Shown piece after piece: positions 6,438 through 16,267 of a DNA stretch of 40,603 nucleotides. This stretch comes from a virus (taxonomy: Duplodnaviria; Caudoviricetes). A program made the translations under genes and the position numbers. Below the pieces are notes generated by a model, which saw nothing but the letters and a program-made list of their open reading frames with translations, searched no databases and was not told the DNA's origin. Within the stretch, counting starts at the first letter, position 1. Each line of letters opens with the position of its first letter. The stretch lies in the IMG/VR virus record IMGVR_UViG_3300048856_000127, positions 1-40,603 of that record; one strand, 5' to 3'.

Positions 6438-6878
6438 ATGGAAAAAGAAAACGAGATCACGCGCACAAGCCTCCGCCTTCCTAAAGGGCTCTATGCGAAA
6501 ATCGATGCGGCGGCAGCCGAACACGGCTTGACCATGCACGCTGAAATTTTGGCTCGACTTGAGCAGAGCTTCGGTGCGCCGGCTACCGACCCTGCCGGGG
6601 GCATCGATTTAGAGGAGAGGGTCGAAGAAATTGCGGCCCGAGTGGTTCGCAAGGTCCGGGAGGACGATCGGATTTACAGAGCTCTCTCTGAAATCGCTAA
6701 TCGTGAGAACAAAGTGCGGGACAACGCCGCACCAGTTGTGGAGAATTTCCTCAGTAACAGCTTCTCGATGGAAGTCGTTATGGAGGTTGCCATGTTTCTT
6801 GACACCCCCGTGGAGAAAATTCCTGAGTTGCGCGCCTTCTTGACCGAACTCGATGACCGCCTGCATGAGACGAAATAG
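6438..6878 (+). CDS. Arc/Mnt-family repressor with C-terminal extension
   Basis: RTSLRLPKGLYAKIDAAAAEHGLTMHAEILARLEQSF matches the Arc domain. Confidence 0.85.
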   Translation: MEKENEITRTSLRLPKGLYAKIDAAAAEHGLTMHAEILARLEQSFGAPATDPAGGIDLEERVEEIAARVVRKVREDDRIYRALSEIANRENKVRDNAAPVVENFLSNSFSMEVVMEVAMFLDTPVEKIPELRAFLTELDDRLHETK

Positions 6879-6890
6879 AAGACACCCCTC

Positions 6891-9686
6891 CTATTTCGCT
6901 GTCCATCCGGTGTTGCCCGTTCCGGAAGTCTTCACATAAAGCGTCGTCGTCACGCCCCCCGAAAGGTTGAGGTAGAGAGAGCCGACGGGACCAGTTACGG
7001 CCCCCTCGGGAGACCCAACACCAGCCGAAATGAAATTCGCCCCACCAGCAAATCGGTACTGCAGGGCATAAATTGACCTGAACCGATGAGAACTGTCGCC
7101 CAAATCCCGCATATTATCTGAATCCGGGAAAAGGTGCTCATACGCGAATAGCTTGTCATCCTCATTTGAGTAAACGAACTTGGGCGCGCCATCGGCCCCA
7201 AGGATGCCCGCCAGCATGCCTATCATGGTGCGGATACCCGATGCGGTCGGGTTAGATCCCGTCCCATTGTCACCATGAGCATCGATCAGCAAGCTAGGCG
7301 TCTGGAGGTCAAAGCCCTCCATGAGGCCGGTGTCTGAACCGAAGACGCTCGGGGCATTCGCAGTGTATCGAGGTCCGAAGTCGATGCCAGTCTCGTTCCG
7401 CGCTCCGCGCACGCTATCGATTACGCAGTACTGCGTTTTGCCTGCTGGATTGGTTACTCGGGTGTTTGCCGCTTCATGGGGGCTGGTGATGATGCGCGCA
7501 CCAGTCTTGCCGTCCGCAGACGCATTCGCTTCCCAATCCATCACGAAGACCGAAGCTGACATGGCATGAGCCTGTAGGGCGACCTCCTCAATCGTCTGGA
7601 CTGCCCCGAAGAACTGCAACTCTGTGCAGCGCCAGCCCGAAACCTCAATCACCGCGCTCGGGCTACTGAAAGAGTTCGCGCCAAGCGCCTGGTCGTGCAT
7701 CATCCTGCCGGACGTGTGGTGAATGCCATTGAAGCGGCAATCATGATCCCACTTCAGATGCGAGGTGCCGCCACCAGCTACGCGGGTGGTCACCTGGTCA
7801 CCAACTGAGATAGCCGCCGTGGACGCGACACCGGTGAGGCGGAGCTTGCCGGCAACCTTGCTTTGACCTGCGAATGTAGTATTGCCCGCCAGAGTGAAGC
7901 TTCCATTCCCGTAACCGATCCGGTTGAAGACCGACGCGTCGAATGGATGGTCGTCAGCCCAATCGAACTCCAACCAATCGGCCCCTACAGCGGTAACCTT
8001 CCACATGTCGGCGCCCCGGACGCCGACACCGACGCGACCGGCAAAGGTACAGTTCGCATGCTGGGCTCCGAAGATCGCTGGTATCGCAGGATCACTCGGG
8101 TTCGCCGGTATAGCCAATACGAGCTCAGCGTACATACGCCAGTGGCCTACTAGATCGGCATTTGCCAACCGGACATCACACGCCATCTCAAGCACGATGC
8201 CGCAATCCCAGTCGGCCGCCCACGGCGTGCTGGAGTTGCCTGGCACGAGCCAAAGATCCATGCCATCGTCGCCGCCGCCGTCAGTGATAAGCCGAAAACC
8301 ACTCAGATCGGAGCTTGCTGCCGTCGGCTTTACCCAAAGAGCCGCAGAGAACATTCGCGGCGAACGCGCGGACGCCCCGTCGCTTACAGGGTTCATGAAA
8401 CTGGTGAGCGAATATTGCGTATCATTGTATCCGGTCGCCGCGGAGGGATTGGTCACTACACCGCCAGATACTCGCATGGAGGACACGCCGTGAACGGAAT
8501 GAACCCGATTGCCAATACCGGTAGCAACTATCTGCGTCGGCGCGATTGTCGACAGGCCATCATTAGCGTTCGGCGGTTTCGGATGCCAATAGCCGGCGCC
8601 ACGACCAACCCCTTTGACTGGCTGTGAGATAACAAGTCCATCGCCGCTGATGAACCACGAGCCCCCCAGGAGATCATAACCCGCTCGCGAAACTCCGCAG
8701 TAGTTGAACATCGCCTGCAGCGCGGATGTCGTGTCATTAGAATTCGATCTGCCCCGCAAGGCGCCAAACATGTATGGGTTGACGACGACCTCGTCGAGCA
8801 GCCAGTAACCTCCATTCGTCGAGTCTGTCGACCCGTCTGGCATAAAGCGGTCAGCGGATCGGAAGTAGGAGGATGGCGGATAGCTGCCTAGCTCCGCAAG
8901 TCTAGCTCTCCGGTAAGCGGCGCCGCCATAAAGCGTCGTCAGGTCCGCGAAGAGAGGCGAGTAGAACTGGGTAGCCAACCGCTTGGCATTGAAGTCGATT
9001 GTCGCTGTCGAGGCTTGCGCGACAGAGACGAAGGTCTTGTCTATGATACTCGCCGCGGCAGCTTCAGCCGCTGCGGCCGCTGCTTCCGCCAGAGCGACGA
9101 TTGCCGCGCTCGCTTGGTCACTTACAAGTCGGAACATGGAGCCAGCCACGACGCCAAGTACGATCATGCCGGCGACCAGCCCTCCCGGCGCCGGGTCATT
9201 TCCGCTATTCGTCTTGATCGTCAGCGCCGAGCCGCCGTTGAACGACACCGTGACAGGTGAGCCGGTATTCGTCTCTGCGATGTTCATCCAGATTAGCGCC
9301 GAGTTGCTAGCCGGGATGCTCGTTGTCGCCTGGATGGCGTTGGGTGTACCTGCACCTGCATTGGTAGCGATGATGAAGCTAAAAGGAAGGTCGCCGCGGC
9401 GAGCCCATGAACCGCCACCGGACGCACCAACCTTTCCGTAGATGCCGTTATTGGCGGCGACAGGGTCGCCCATCACCCATGCCATGGTGTTCGCTGGCTT
9501 TGCCAGATCGGCATCAAGCGCAGCTTTGCTCGCATAGATGAGACCGCCAGTAGAGACGAAGGCGTTGACTAGCGCCTCAACCTCCGTGCCCCAGACGCCG
9601 ACTTCCTGTTCGGAAATCGCGCGCGGGTTGCCGTTCTCGTCGACAGGCGCGAAGATTTGTTGAGCCAGCTTCGTGAAGATGCTCAT
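6891..9686 (-). CDS. Tail fibre/tailspike (receptor-binding, probable beta-helix depolymerase)
   Basis: 931 aa; last tail gene; N-terminal anchor, Ala-rich linker, and a VNPYMFGA...DTTSALQAMFN beta-helix cap motif. Confidence 0.8.
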   Translation of the reverse strand: MSIFTKLAQQIFAPVDENGNPRAISEQEVGVWGTEVEALVNAFVSTGGLIYASKAALDADLAKPANTMAWVMGDPVAANNGIYGKVGASGGGSWARRGDLPFSFIIATNAGAGTPNAIQATTSIPASNSALIWMNIAETNTGSPVTVSFNGGSALTIKTNSGNDPAPGGLVAGMIVLGVVAGSMFRLVSDQASAAIVALAEAAAAAAEAAAASIIDKTFVSVAQASTATIDFNAKRLATQFYSPLFADLTTLYGGAAYRRARLAELGSYPPSSYFRSADRFMPDGSTDSTNGGYWLLDEVVVNPYMFGALRGRSNSNDTTSALQAMFNYCGVSRAGYDLLGGSWFISGDGLVISQPVKGVGRGAGYWHPKPPNANDGLSTIAPTQIVATGIGNRVHSVHGVSSMRVSGGVVTNPSAATGYNDTQYSLTSFMNPVSDGASARSPRMFSAALWVKPTAASSDLSGFRLITDGGGDDGMDLWLVPGNSSTPWAADWDCGIVLEMACDVRLANADLVGHWRMYAELVLAIPANPSDPAIPAIFGAQHANCTFAGRVGVGVRGADMWKVTAVGADWLEFDWADDHPFDASVFNRIGYGNGSFTLAGNTTFAGQSKVAGKLRLTGVASTAAISVGDQVTTRVAGGGTSHLKWDHDCRFNGIHHTSGRMMHDQALGANSFSSPSAVIEVSGWRCTELQFFGAVQTIEEVALQAHAMSASVFVMDWEANASADGKTGARIITSPHEAANTRVTNPAGKTQYCVIDSVRGARNETGIDFGPRYTANAPSVFGSDTGLMEGFDLQTPSLLIDAHGDNGTGSNPTASGIRTMIGMLAGILGADGAPKFVYSNEDDKLFAYEHLFPDSDNMRDLGDSSHRFRSIYALQYRFAGGANFISAGVGSPEGAVTGPVGSLYLNLSGGVTTTLYVKTSGTGNTGWTAK

Positions 9687-9710
9687 TCAAAGATTCCTTG
9701 AGTTTTAGGT

Positions 9711-11876
9711 TTAACCGCCACCGCCGCCACCGGACGGCGATCCGCTGAAGTTGAGGTATGAGCCTCCGGCCCCATCACTGGTAAGCGTCTGCATCCGCCA
9801 GACGATGGTACCGGAGGTGACGTTGACCGAATGCGCGAAGGTCAGCTCCTGTTTTGGTCGTACCTTCTGCCGGGAGATGACCTCCCATGTCGGAGTGGGC
9901 AGGAGGCTCGTTCGGCGCTCCAGTTGGATGGAGGCAGCACGCAGCTCACTCGCCGTGACGACCACACTCAGAGAAACGTTGCTGTCGGTGGAGCTAACCC
10001 CGCCGCTGATCAGATCCGGAGCGCCAGGAGCTGCGTTGTTCACGCCGACCGTGGTGTGAAGCGGATCGGAGAAGTAGCTACCATCATCCCCGTTGAAGAC
10101 ACGCACCCGCGCATCGATCTCGCGGCCCTGCATATCGACGCTGTCATACGCAAATGTCGCATTGCTGGCGCTCGGCCGCTCCGTCATGCTCTGCCAGGAG
10201 CCCGGAAGCCCATCCGTGTAGGCGCGATAGGTGGCTTCCGCGATGTCGTAATCCTGATCCGGCAGGCTGAAGCCAACCCGGAACTCCTTGGTGCCGTCCG
10301 GATAGGTGATCTGCAGCGCCGCATTCGGCGGGTTCGGCGTCTCCATGTCGGTTTCGTAGCCGAGCTCCGGCACCTGCTCCGGCGCATTGGCCTCATCGGT
10401 TGCCGGGTTCCATGGCGTCAGCGCCGGCCAGACAACGAAGGGTATCTCGACCGACCCGTTATCGTCGTCGATGCGCGGTGGCTCGATCCGCACGGTTTCC
10501 ACGTCGCCGAGATCGGGCTCCGTTATTTCCGCGTAGAGCAGTCCCCATGCGGCCAGCCCGACCATGTTGGTGATCATCGTTCCGCGATCAGCCCGCTCCA
10601 GTGCAAACTTGCGGCGCGCAATCCGCTGCGCCTGTGAGGCCGAAGGGCAGAAGGGAAGCTCGACATCGAAATATTTCGGGCCGTACTTCTCCACCTCGTC
10701 ATCAATCCGCGCCCAGGCGATCCCATCGAGATTGATTTCCGCGATCTCGAAGAGCCTCTCCGGCGAGTAGTATTTCACGCGGCAGATGTTCGGCCGGGAA
10801 ACTGCCTCGGGGCCGGAAGCCCAAGAGTAGTCGTAGATATCCTCCGGCGTAAAATCGATCTCCGGCGCAATGACGTCGTCGATCAGTTCGAAGTAGATCT
10901 TCCCTTCTTCCGTCATGCGGATTTCCGCACCGATGGAATCGAGGAACTGCTTCATCGTCTCGCCTCGCTCGCTCTCCCAGGCCCACATGCCCCAGGCGCG
11001 CGCCCGCTTTTCCGTGCCGGTCTTTGTCGGCACCAGCGCATCCGCCTTGGTGGCCTCGGCGGCGATAAGGTTCCAATCGAAGCGATCGAACGTGAAGGCA
11101 GGATCACGGCGAAGCACATGAGCACAGACGAGGATGCCGTTGTCCGACCAATCCGTCTGGCCAGTGCGCGGATCGTAGACCTTCGCGGCTCGAGCAATGA
11201 CCTCCGCTTCCGGTGCGCCGCCCTGGTAGAGGCTTAGATACTTTTCCTCGGCGAGCCCCGGATTGTAGAAAAGCAGCTGCGATTGGGCGATGCCGCGCGC
11301 CCGGTGCGCCGAGGTCCAGCGGTCGGGAAACAGCGACATGAGCCCCGCCCATGCCGTTTCTGCTCCCGTGCCGATCTTCGTCTGCCAGTTCGCCCAGGAG
11401 CCACCAGGACGAGCCCAGGGAGGCGAGCTGACATCGCCATTCGATTCGACGGTCACCTCACGCTGGCCGAGATAATATTGCTCGATGGCATCGATCGGCC
11501 CCTGAAGATGGCAGATCATCCGGGCGCGCGTGCTGCCATCCGTGTTGCCGAAGGCTTTCAGGCCACCGACGCGAACACGGCCGACGCCTTCGATCACCGA
11601 GCTTTCGCCCGTCTCGAAGTTGCTCTTGGCGTCCGACGGCTTCACCGCGCCCCCCTGCTTGCGCCCGAACAGGGTTGCAGCGGCCAGGCCACCATAGACC
11701 AGCGCATTGGCAGCGATCGTCGCAAGCGTGCCGGTCAGGGCCGCCGATATGGCTGTGCTCGACAGCAGGAAGCCGTGAATGGCAGTCGCGATGACCGAAA
11801 CGGGATCGGCGAAGGCATGCGCTGTCATCGCAGCGTAGGAGGCGCTGCAGGTCAGCAGGAGCTTTGTCAGCTTCAT
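9711..11876 (-). CDS. Central tail tip/hub protein (gpJ-like)
   Basis: 721 aa; KVYDPR..WSDN motif; C-terminal FN3-like beta region; follows the NlpC/P60-like gene. Confidence 0.75.
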   Translation of the reverse strand: MKLTKLLLTCSASYAAMTAHAFADPVSVIATAIHGFLLSSTAISAALTGTLATIAANALVYGGLAAATLFGRKQGGAVKPSDAKSNFETGESSVIEGVGRVRVGGLKAFGNTDGSTRARMICHLQGPIDAIEQYYLGQREVTVESNGDVSSPPWARPGGSWANWQTKIGTGAETAWAGLMSLFPDRWTSAHRARGIAQSQLLFYNPGLAEEKYLSLYQGGAPEAEVIARAAKVYDPRTGQTDWSDNGILVCAHVLRRDPAFTFDRFDWNLIAAEATKADALVPTKTGTEKRARAWGMWAWESERGETMKQFLDSIGAEIRMTEEGKIYFELIDDVIAPEIDFTPEDIYDYSWASGPEAVSRPNICRVKYYSPERLFEIAEINLDGIAWARIDDEVEKYGPKYFDVELPFCPSASQAQRIARRKFALERADRGTMITNMVGLAAWGLLYAEITEPDLGDVETVRIEPPRIDDDNGSVEIPFVVWPALTPWNPATDEANAPEQVPELGYETDMETPNPPNAALQITYPDGTKEFRVGFSLPDQDYDIAEATYRAYTDGLPGSWQSMTERPSASNATFAYDSVDMQGREIDARVRVFNGDDGSYFSDPLHTTVGVNNAAPGAPDLISGGVSSTDSNVSLSVVVTASELRAASIQLERRTSLLPTPTWEVISRQKVRPKQELTFAHSVNVTSGTIVWRMQTLTSDGAGGSYLNFSGSPSGGGGGG

Positions 11877-12274
11877 CGGATGGACCAGGCCTTAAGAATA
11901 GTATTCTGGCGCGGCCTCAGGATCCGGTAGCCTTGCGGCTCGGCTCGCCACGCGAAATATCCGCCGTCGAGGAAGATGCCGCCGCACTGGCCATGCAGAT
12001 GGCTCGCAATCACGCCCACGTCGCCGGCCTCCGGCGCATACGTTTCCATGATGCCGCTACCCGAAAGCCCCTCGTCCCAGAGCGAGACCAGCGATCCGGC
12101 TTTCGCCATCAGGGCATGCCCTTCGTCGCGGGTCCGGTACACGGGAACCTGGAAGGTGATCCCCCTCGCCTTCTCCACCCATCGTGCCGGCCACATGGTG
12201 CAATCGCTCTCGCCCCACGCCATCGGCGCATCGACAGCCTCGGCAAGGTAGTTCTTCAGCATCTCGTCGATCAT
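11873..12274 (-). CDS. NlpC/P60-like tail assembly protein
   Basis: WGESDC and GDVGVI motifs; start set at MIDEML (ATGA overlap). Confidence 0.75.
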   Translation of the reverse strand: MIDEMLKNYLAEAVDAPMAWGESDCTMWPARWVEKARGITFQVPVYRTRDEGHALMAKAGSLVSLWDEGLSGSGIMETYAPEAGDVGVIASHLHGQCGGIFLDGGYFAWRAEPQGYRILRPRQNTILKAWSIR

Positions 12275-12849
12275 GCCTTTATGATCTCCGTCACCTTGAC
12301 GCCCACGAACTGAAGCCCCTTGTCGCCGGGATAGCGGCGCTGCTGGTCGGCATCCGTCCAGGAGCCACCGAATACGAAGTTCTGGCTCTGCCAGAGCGTC
12401 TCGACGGTGAAGGACACCGTGCGTATGCCAATCCCTTGGCTTTGGCGCTTCGGCGCAGAAAGGAAGCCAGGGAAGAGCTTCTTCAACCCTCCGGCCCAAA
12501 CCTCCTGCGTCTCCTGGTCGAAGGCGCACCAATAGAGGTCTGCAAGCGCCCCTTCGGTCTGGCGCGCCTGGTCCTTCACGGATCGGAGGAAATCGAGGTT
12601 CACGCCGGAAAGAACGATATCCACCTTGGCAGCCTGACCGAACCGGGGATCCTCGACAGCCGACATGGAAACGAGCTGCTGGCCGGCCGGATCGGACACG
12701 CCGCGCCATTCATGGCCACCGACGGTCTTCCGTCCCACCCCATTGTGCAGGCGCCATGTGCCCGAGGGCAGGCCAAGCTCCGCAAACCATGCACGGGCTA
12801 TGTGCGGGCGCCGCAGGAACGCCCGGTCCTCATCATTGAAAAGAGCCAT
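12271..12849 (-). CDS. Minor tail protein
   Basis: C-terminal DQQRRYPGDKGLQFV motif; position in the tail tip module. Confidence 0.75.
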   Translation of the reverse strand: MALFNDEDRAFLRRPHIARAWFAELGLPSGTWRLHNGVGRKTVGGHEWRGVSDPAGQQLVSMSAVEDPRFGQAAKVDIVLSGVNLDFLRSVKDQARQTEGALADLYWCAFDQETQEVWAGGLKKLFPGFLSAPKRQSQGIGIRTVSFTVETLWQSQNFVFGGSWTDADQQRRYPGDKGLQFVGVKVTEIIKA

Positions 12850-12852
12850 GGA

Positions 12853-13062
12853 TCAGCCGTTTGCCTCTTCCCAGGCGGAAAGTTCTCGCCGGTGCTGCTC
12901 GACGAGCTCGGACACCGTCATCTGCATCTCCGCCTTTTCGTCGCCGGAAATGTCATCGTCATGCCGCTCGTCGGGAAACAGGGCGCGGTTCAGTTCGCCG
13001 GCATGCAGGCGCGCAAGCTCGATGCGCTTCATCGCCTTGATCTCGTCTATCCGGTCGGCCAT
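12853..13062 (-). CDS. Hypothetical small protein
   Basis: MADRIDEIKAMKR..., 69 aa, fills the gap between tail genes. Confidence 0.6.
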   Translation of the reverse strand: MADRIDEIKAMKRIELARLHAGELNRALFPDERHDDDISGDEKAEMQMTVSELVEQHRRELSAWEEANG

Positions 13063-13066
13063 GGGA

Positions 13067-13795
13067 TCAGTCCGTGAAGTAGTCGCGAACGTCGTAGTCA
13101 AAGACTTCTGAGAGGATGAGGGTCGTCTCTTGCCCCACATCCACGCCGCGCGAGAGATCCGCAGCGCCTTCAGCATCGAGCGTCATGGCGAGTACCGGAC
13201 GCAAGGTGGCAAAGTCGTCAGTCGTGATCGCCTTCCGAAGCGGTGGCCAGATCCTATATCGGCCAGGATCCATCACTTCGGTGACCATGTACTTCCCGAA
13301 GTGGAACGGAAAGAAACCGATTTCGTCACCTGTGCCCAAGGCTCGACCCCAGAACGGTGAAGCGAGCGAGATGATAGTTGTGTCGATCGCGGCTGCCGCC
13401 GCCACCGGCACGTTCGGCGGGGAAGCGCTCCAGTTCTCGCCGTTCGACCAAGGCTGACCGTTAAGCCATGGCATCCCATTCGTGATCTGGGCCTTGGTGA
13501 AGTAGGCACCGGCCTCCGAAAACGTCATGCCGTCCGGTACTGGCCAATCCACGCGCACGGCATTGGCGCCGCCGTGCAAAGCCGTGACGAAGCCCTCGAT
13601 GCGCCGGTAGAGCCTTCCTTTTGCTACCGGAAGTACGAACTCATATTTCCAGTATCCGAACGGAGACGACACCGCTTGATAGCGCCCACCGGTCGTTTCC
13701 TGCCGGGCGGTGGCGCCCTTCGCTCGCGGCCCAGTCAATGGCTTGCGAGACCGGATGCCGAGACCATTCGGCCAGTTCAGCAATCTTGCCATCAA
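13067..13795 (-). CDS. Distal tail protein (Dit-like)
   Basis: Immediately after the tape measure gene; IWPPLR motif. Confidence 0.7.
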   Translation of the reverse strand: MMARLLNWPNGLGIRSRKPLTGPRAKGATARQETTGGRYQAVSSPFGYWKYEFVLPVAKGRLYRRIEGFVTALHGGANAVRVDWPVPDGMTFSEAGAYFTKAQITNGMPWLNGQPWSNGENWSASPPNVPVAAAAAIDTTIISLASPFWGRALGTGDEIGFFPFHFGKYMVTEVMDPGRYRIWPPLRKAITTDDFATLRPVLAMTLDAEGAADLSRGVDVGQETTLILSEVFDYDVRDYFTD

Positions 13796-15612
13796 CCCCT
13801 CGTGCCGCGCGTTTGCCGAACATTGTTTCGAGCGTCGACCATCTTGCCGAAGCTCCGATACTGCTCGTCGATCCGGCGCTCCAGCCGTGCGATTCCCGCG
13901 GCATCGGAGTTCGGAGCGTTGATCACCGGAGCGTAGACCAGGTTTCCGCCTGCGCGCTGGCCTGGCTTCGATACGGTCACCGTCTCATTCGGTGAAGCCT
14001 TGAAGGCAACTAGCTGACTATCCACGCCGCCTGCCCCGCCAACCTGAAACTGGCCTCCATTAGCGAAGCCGAACAGGCTGCCGAGGAACCCAGTGAAGAA
14101 GCCGCCGATCCCGCCACCGCCACCCGCACCCTGAAGGGCGGCGCTGGCAATCTGGCGAAGAACATCCTTCAGGACGTCAGACCATTCCTTGGTGCCAGAG
14201 ATCGCCGCGCCGATTGAGGAGCCTATGCCCTGGAAAGTGCTTTCGATCTGGCCGGCAACACCAACCACGCCACCCTGAACATCAACGCTTTGCATGCCGT
14301 TGTTCAGGCCCTGCATAATGTTCTGACCGACCTCGTGCATGACGCGCGACGGCGAATGGATGCCGAGTGTGCTCTTGATGCTGCCGGTGATGCTGTCGGC
14401 AAGTCCGACAACACCTGCCTTGACGCTTTCCCACTTAGCCTGGATGCCCTGCCATAGTCCGTCTACAATCTGGCCGCCTATCTCGGCCATCTTGCCCGGC
14501 AACGCCAGAAAGGCGTTCAGGATATCGGAGGCGATCTGCACCACCCGATCCTTGAAGGCGATGAACGCCTGCGACGCGCTCTCGACGCCCGCTTTGATCT
14601 GCGCCCAGACTTCTCCGGCAAACTGCTGGAGGTAGGGAATGGCAATCTGGAGCCCCTGGTAGAGGGCAATAATCCCTGCCGTCGTCGCTGCGATCGCGGC
14701 AACTACGGCCAGAACAGGAGCGCTGATCGCGGACATCGCGGTGAGGAGGAGCCCCAGCCCAACCACAACCGGCCCGATGGCAGCCGCAACACCGCCGATG
14801 ACGACGCCCCATTTGAGAATTTCAGGGTTGGTCTGGCCAAGCACCTGGACAAAAGATGTGAGGTGCGTCACCAGCCCTGTCACGAATTCAAGAATGCCGC
14901 TGGTGGCGAGCGCGATCGTCAAACCCTTGACCGCTTCGCTCAGCGCCCGCATCGCGTCATTGTAGGCCTTCAGCCCCGAGGCCTGTTCTTCGGAAATCAC
15001 CGCCGCACCGGCGCCGAGCTGACGGAATCCCTCGCCGCCCTGCTGGAGCAAAGGAATAAGGGCGGTCGCCTCGTCGGCGATGGCCTCCAGGTAGAAGGTC
15101 ATCTCCTGCTGGCTGACACCGGCTTTCTGCAAGGTGTCGTAATAGAGCTGAAGCGCTTCCGGGCCGGAAAGGCTTTTGAAAGCTTCGGCCGTTACACCGA
15201 CTTTCGGGGCGATGTTCGTGAAGAAGTCCGCCATCTCCCCGCCGCCGGTGGCCATGAAGTCACCGACCTTGTCGTTCACATCCTTGAAGATATCCGAGAG
15301 CTTGTCGCCCTCGACTCCGACCGACTTTGCGGCAAACGCAAGCTTCTGGAACTCCTCGAACCCGACATTGGAGATCTGTGCCGCCTTGCGCAGCTCGTCG
15401 ATATCCTTGGCCATGCTGGTTGCAGCCGCAGCGACCGCGCCGCCGGCGATCGCGAGCGGAGCGGTGATGTAGGTCGACAGCGACGCACCCCAACCCTGCA
15501 TCTGCTTGCCGAGGCGCGCCATGGACGCCTGCACGCCCTTCAGCCCTTCGGTAAATTGCGCAGTGTCTATCCCAAGGTTGACCCTGAGGGCACCGATGAC
15601 AGCATTCGCCAT
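13792..15612 (-). CDS. Tape measure protein
   Basis: MANAVIGALRVNLGIDTAQF start; Ala/Gly-rich helical repeats; LGIHSPSRV and FANGG motifs. Confidence 0.92.
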   Translation of the reverse strand: MANAVIGALRVNLGIDTAQFTEGLKGVQASMARLGKQMQGWGASLSTYITAPLAIAGGAVAAAATSMAKDIDELRKAAQISNVGFEEFQKLAFAAKSVGVEGDKLSDIFKDVNDKVGDFMATGGGEMADFFTNIAPKVGVTAEAFKSLSGPEALQLYYDTLQKAGVSQQEMTFYLEAIADEATALIPLLQQGGEGFRQLGAGAAVISEEQASGLKAYNDAMRALSEAVKGLTIALATSGILEFVTGLVTHLTSFVQVLGQTNPEILKWGVVIGGVAAAIGPVVVGLGLLLTAMSAISAPVLAVVAAIAATTAGIIALYQGLQIAIPYLQQFAGEVWAQIKAGVESASQAFIAFKDRVVQIASDILNAFLALPGKMAEIGGQIVDGLWQGIQAKWESVKAGVVGLADSITGSIKSTLGIHSPSRVMHEVGQNIMQGLNNGMQSVDVQGGVVGVAGQIESTFQGIGSSIGAAISGTKEWSDVLKDVLRQIASAALQGAGGGGGIGGFFTGFLGSLFGFANGGQFQVGGAGGVDSQLVAFKASPNETVTVSKPGQRAGGNLVYAPVINAPNSDAAGIARLERRIDEQYRSFGKMVDARNNVRQTRGTRG

Positions 15613-15617
15613 TGTCG

Positions 15618-15896
15618 CTATTTCCTGTATCGGGATCCGAGCCAACCGCGAACGGTGGCTTCAATCTGCTCTGGCGTCTGGCGTCTACCTGTCGGCTTCT
15701 TCTCGGCCTTCAGCATGTCGCTCAGCTTTGGGAGCTTCTTTTGACGTGCCAAGGCTTCGATATGCCAAGCGAGAACCATGTTCTCGTCGCGAGCTCTCCG
15801 GATGCCCCGGTTTATCCCTTCGAGGATCATGGTGACCTCCCGTAGTGTGAGATCCCAGAACAACTCGTATGGCTGGCCGGCTTCGATCCAGGTCAC
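15618..15896 (-). CDS. Tail assembly chaperone, C-terminal (gpT-like) frame
   Basis: FWDLTLRE motif; the frame stays open upstream to 15944, overlapping the gpG-like gene in the -1 frame. Confidence 0.7.
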   Translation of the reverse strand: MTWIEAGQPYELFWDLTLREVTMILEGINRGIRRARDENMVLAWHIEALARQKKLPKLSDMLKAEKKPTGRRQTPEQIEATVRGWLGSRYRK

Positions 15897-15913
15897 TATC
15901 AGCGACGGCCAGT

Positions 15914-16267
15914 CTATCCAGCCGTCGCCTTCGGAGGGCGGACTTCACCGCCTGTTTCGCCTTTCGGCTGCATCAACTGGAAGGCCTTACCCAGCAGCAT
16001 TCCCGCCTCAGCCTGCCCGATATCGTCGAAAATATCATCGCAGACTTCCATCGTGACTTCGGGATGATGGCGCTTGAGGGCGGCACAAAAAACCTGCGTA
16101 AGTAGCGAGATTGATGCCGTGGCCTCATTCGAGAGTTCCTTGCCGATCTGGGGGAGCGTCTTGCCCGTCGCGTTCTCAGCATGCCGGACAGCGCCATTCC
16201 CCATCTTCAGCGTCCACTCTTTACCGAGAGCCTTGAAACTGACTTCGCCTCGGATGTCGTTTGCCAT
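15914..16267 (-). CDS. Tail assembly chaperone (gpG-like)
   Basis: 117 aa between the tail tube and tape measure genes. Confidence 0.8.
   Translation of the reverse strand: MANDIRGEVSFKALGKEWTLKMGNGAVRHAENATGKTLPQIGKELSNEATASISLLTQVFCAALKRHHPEVTMEVCDDIFDDIGQAEAGMLLGKAFQLMQPKGETGGEVRPPKATAG

Noticed and set aside
12275-12709. N-terminal extension of the 278-aa ORF 11873-12709
   Set aside because: It overlaps the minor tail gene in another frame; the real start is the ATG at 12274.
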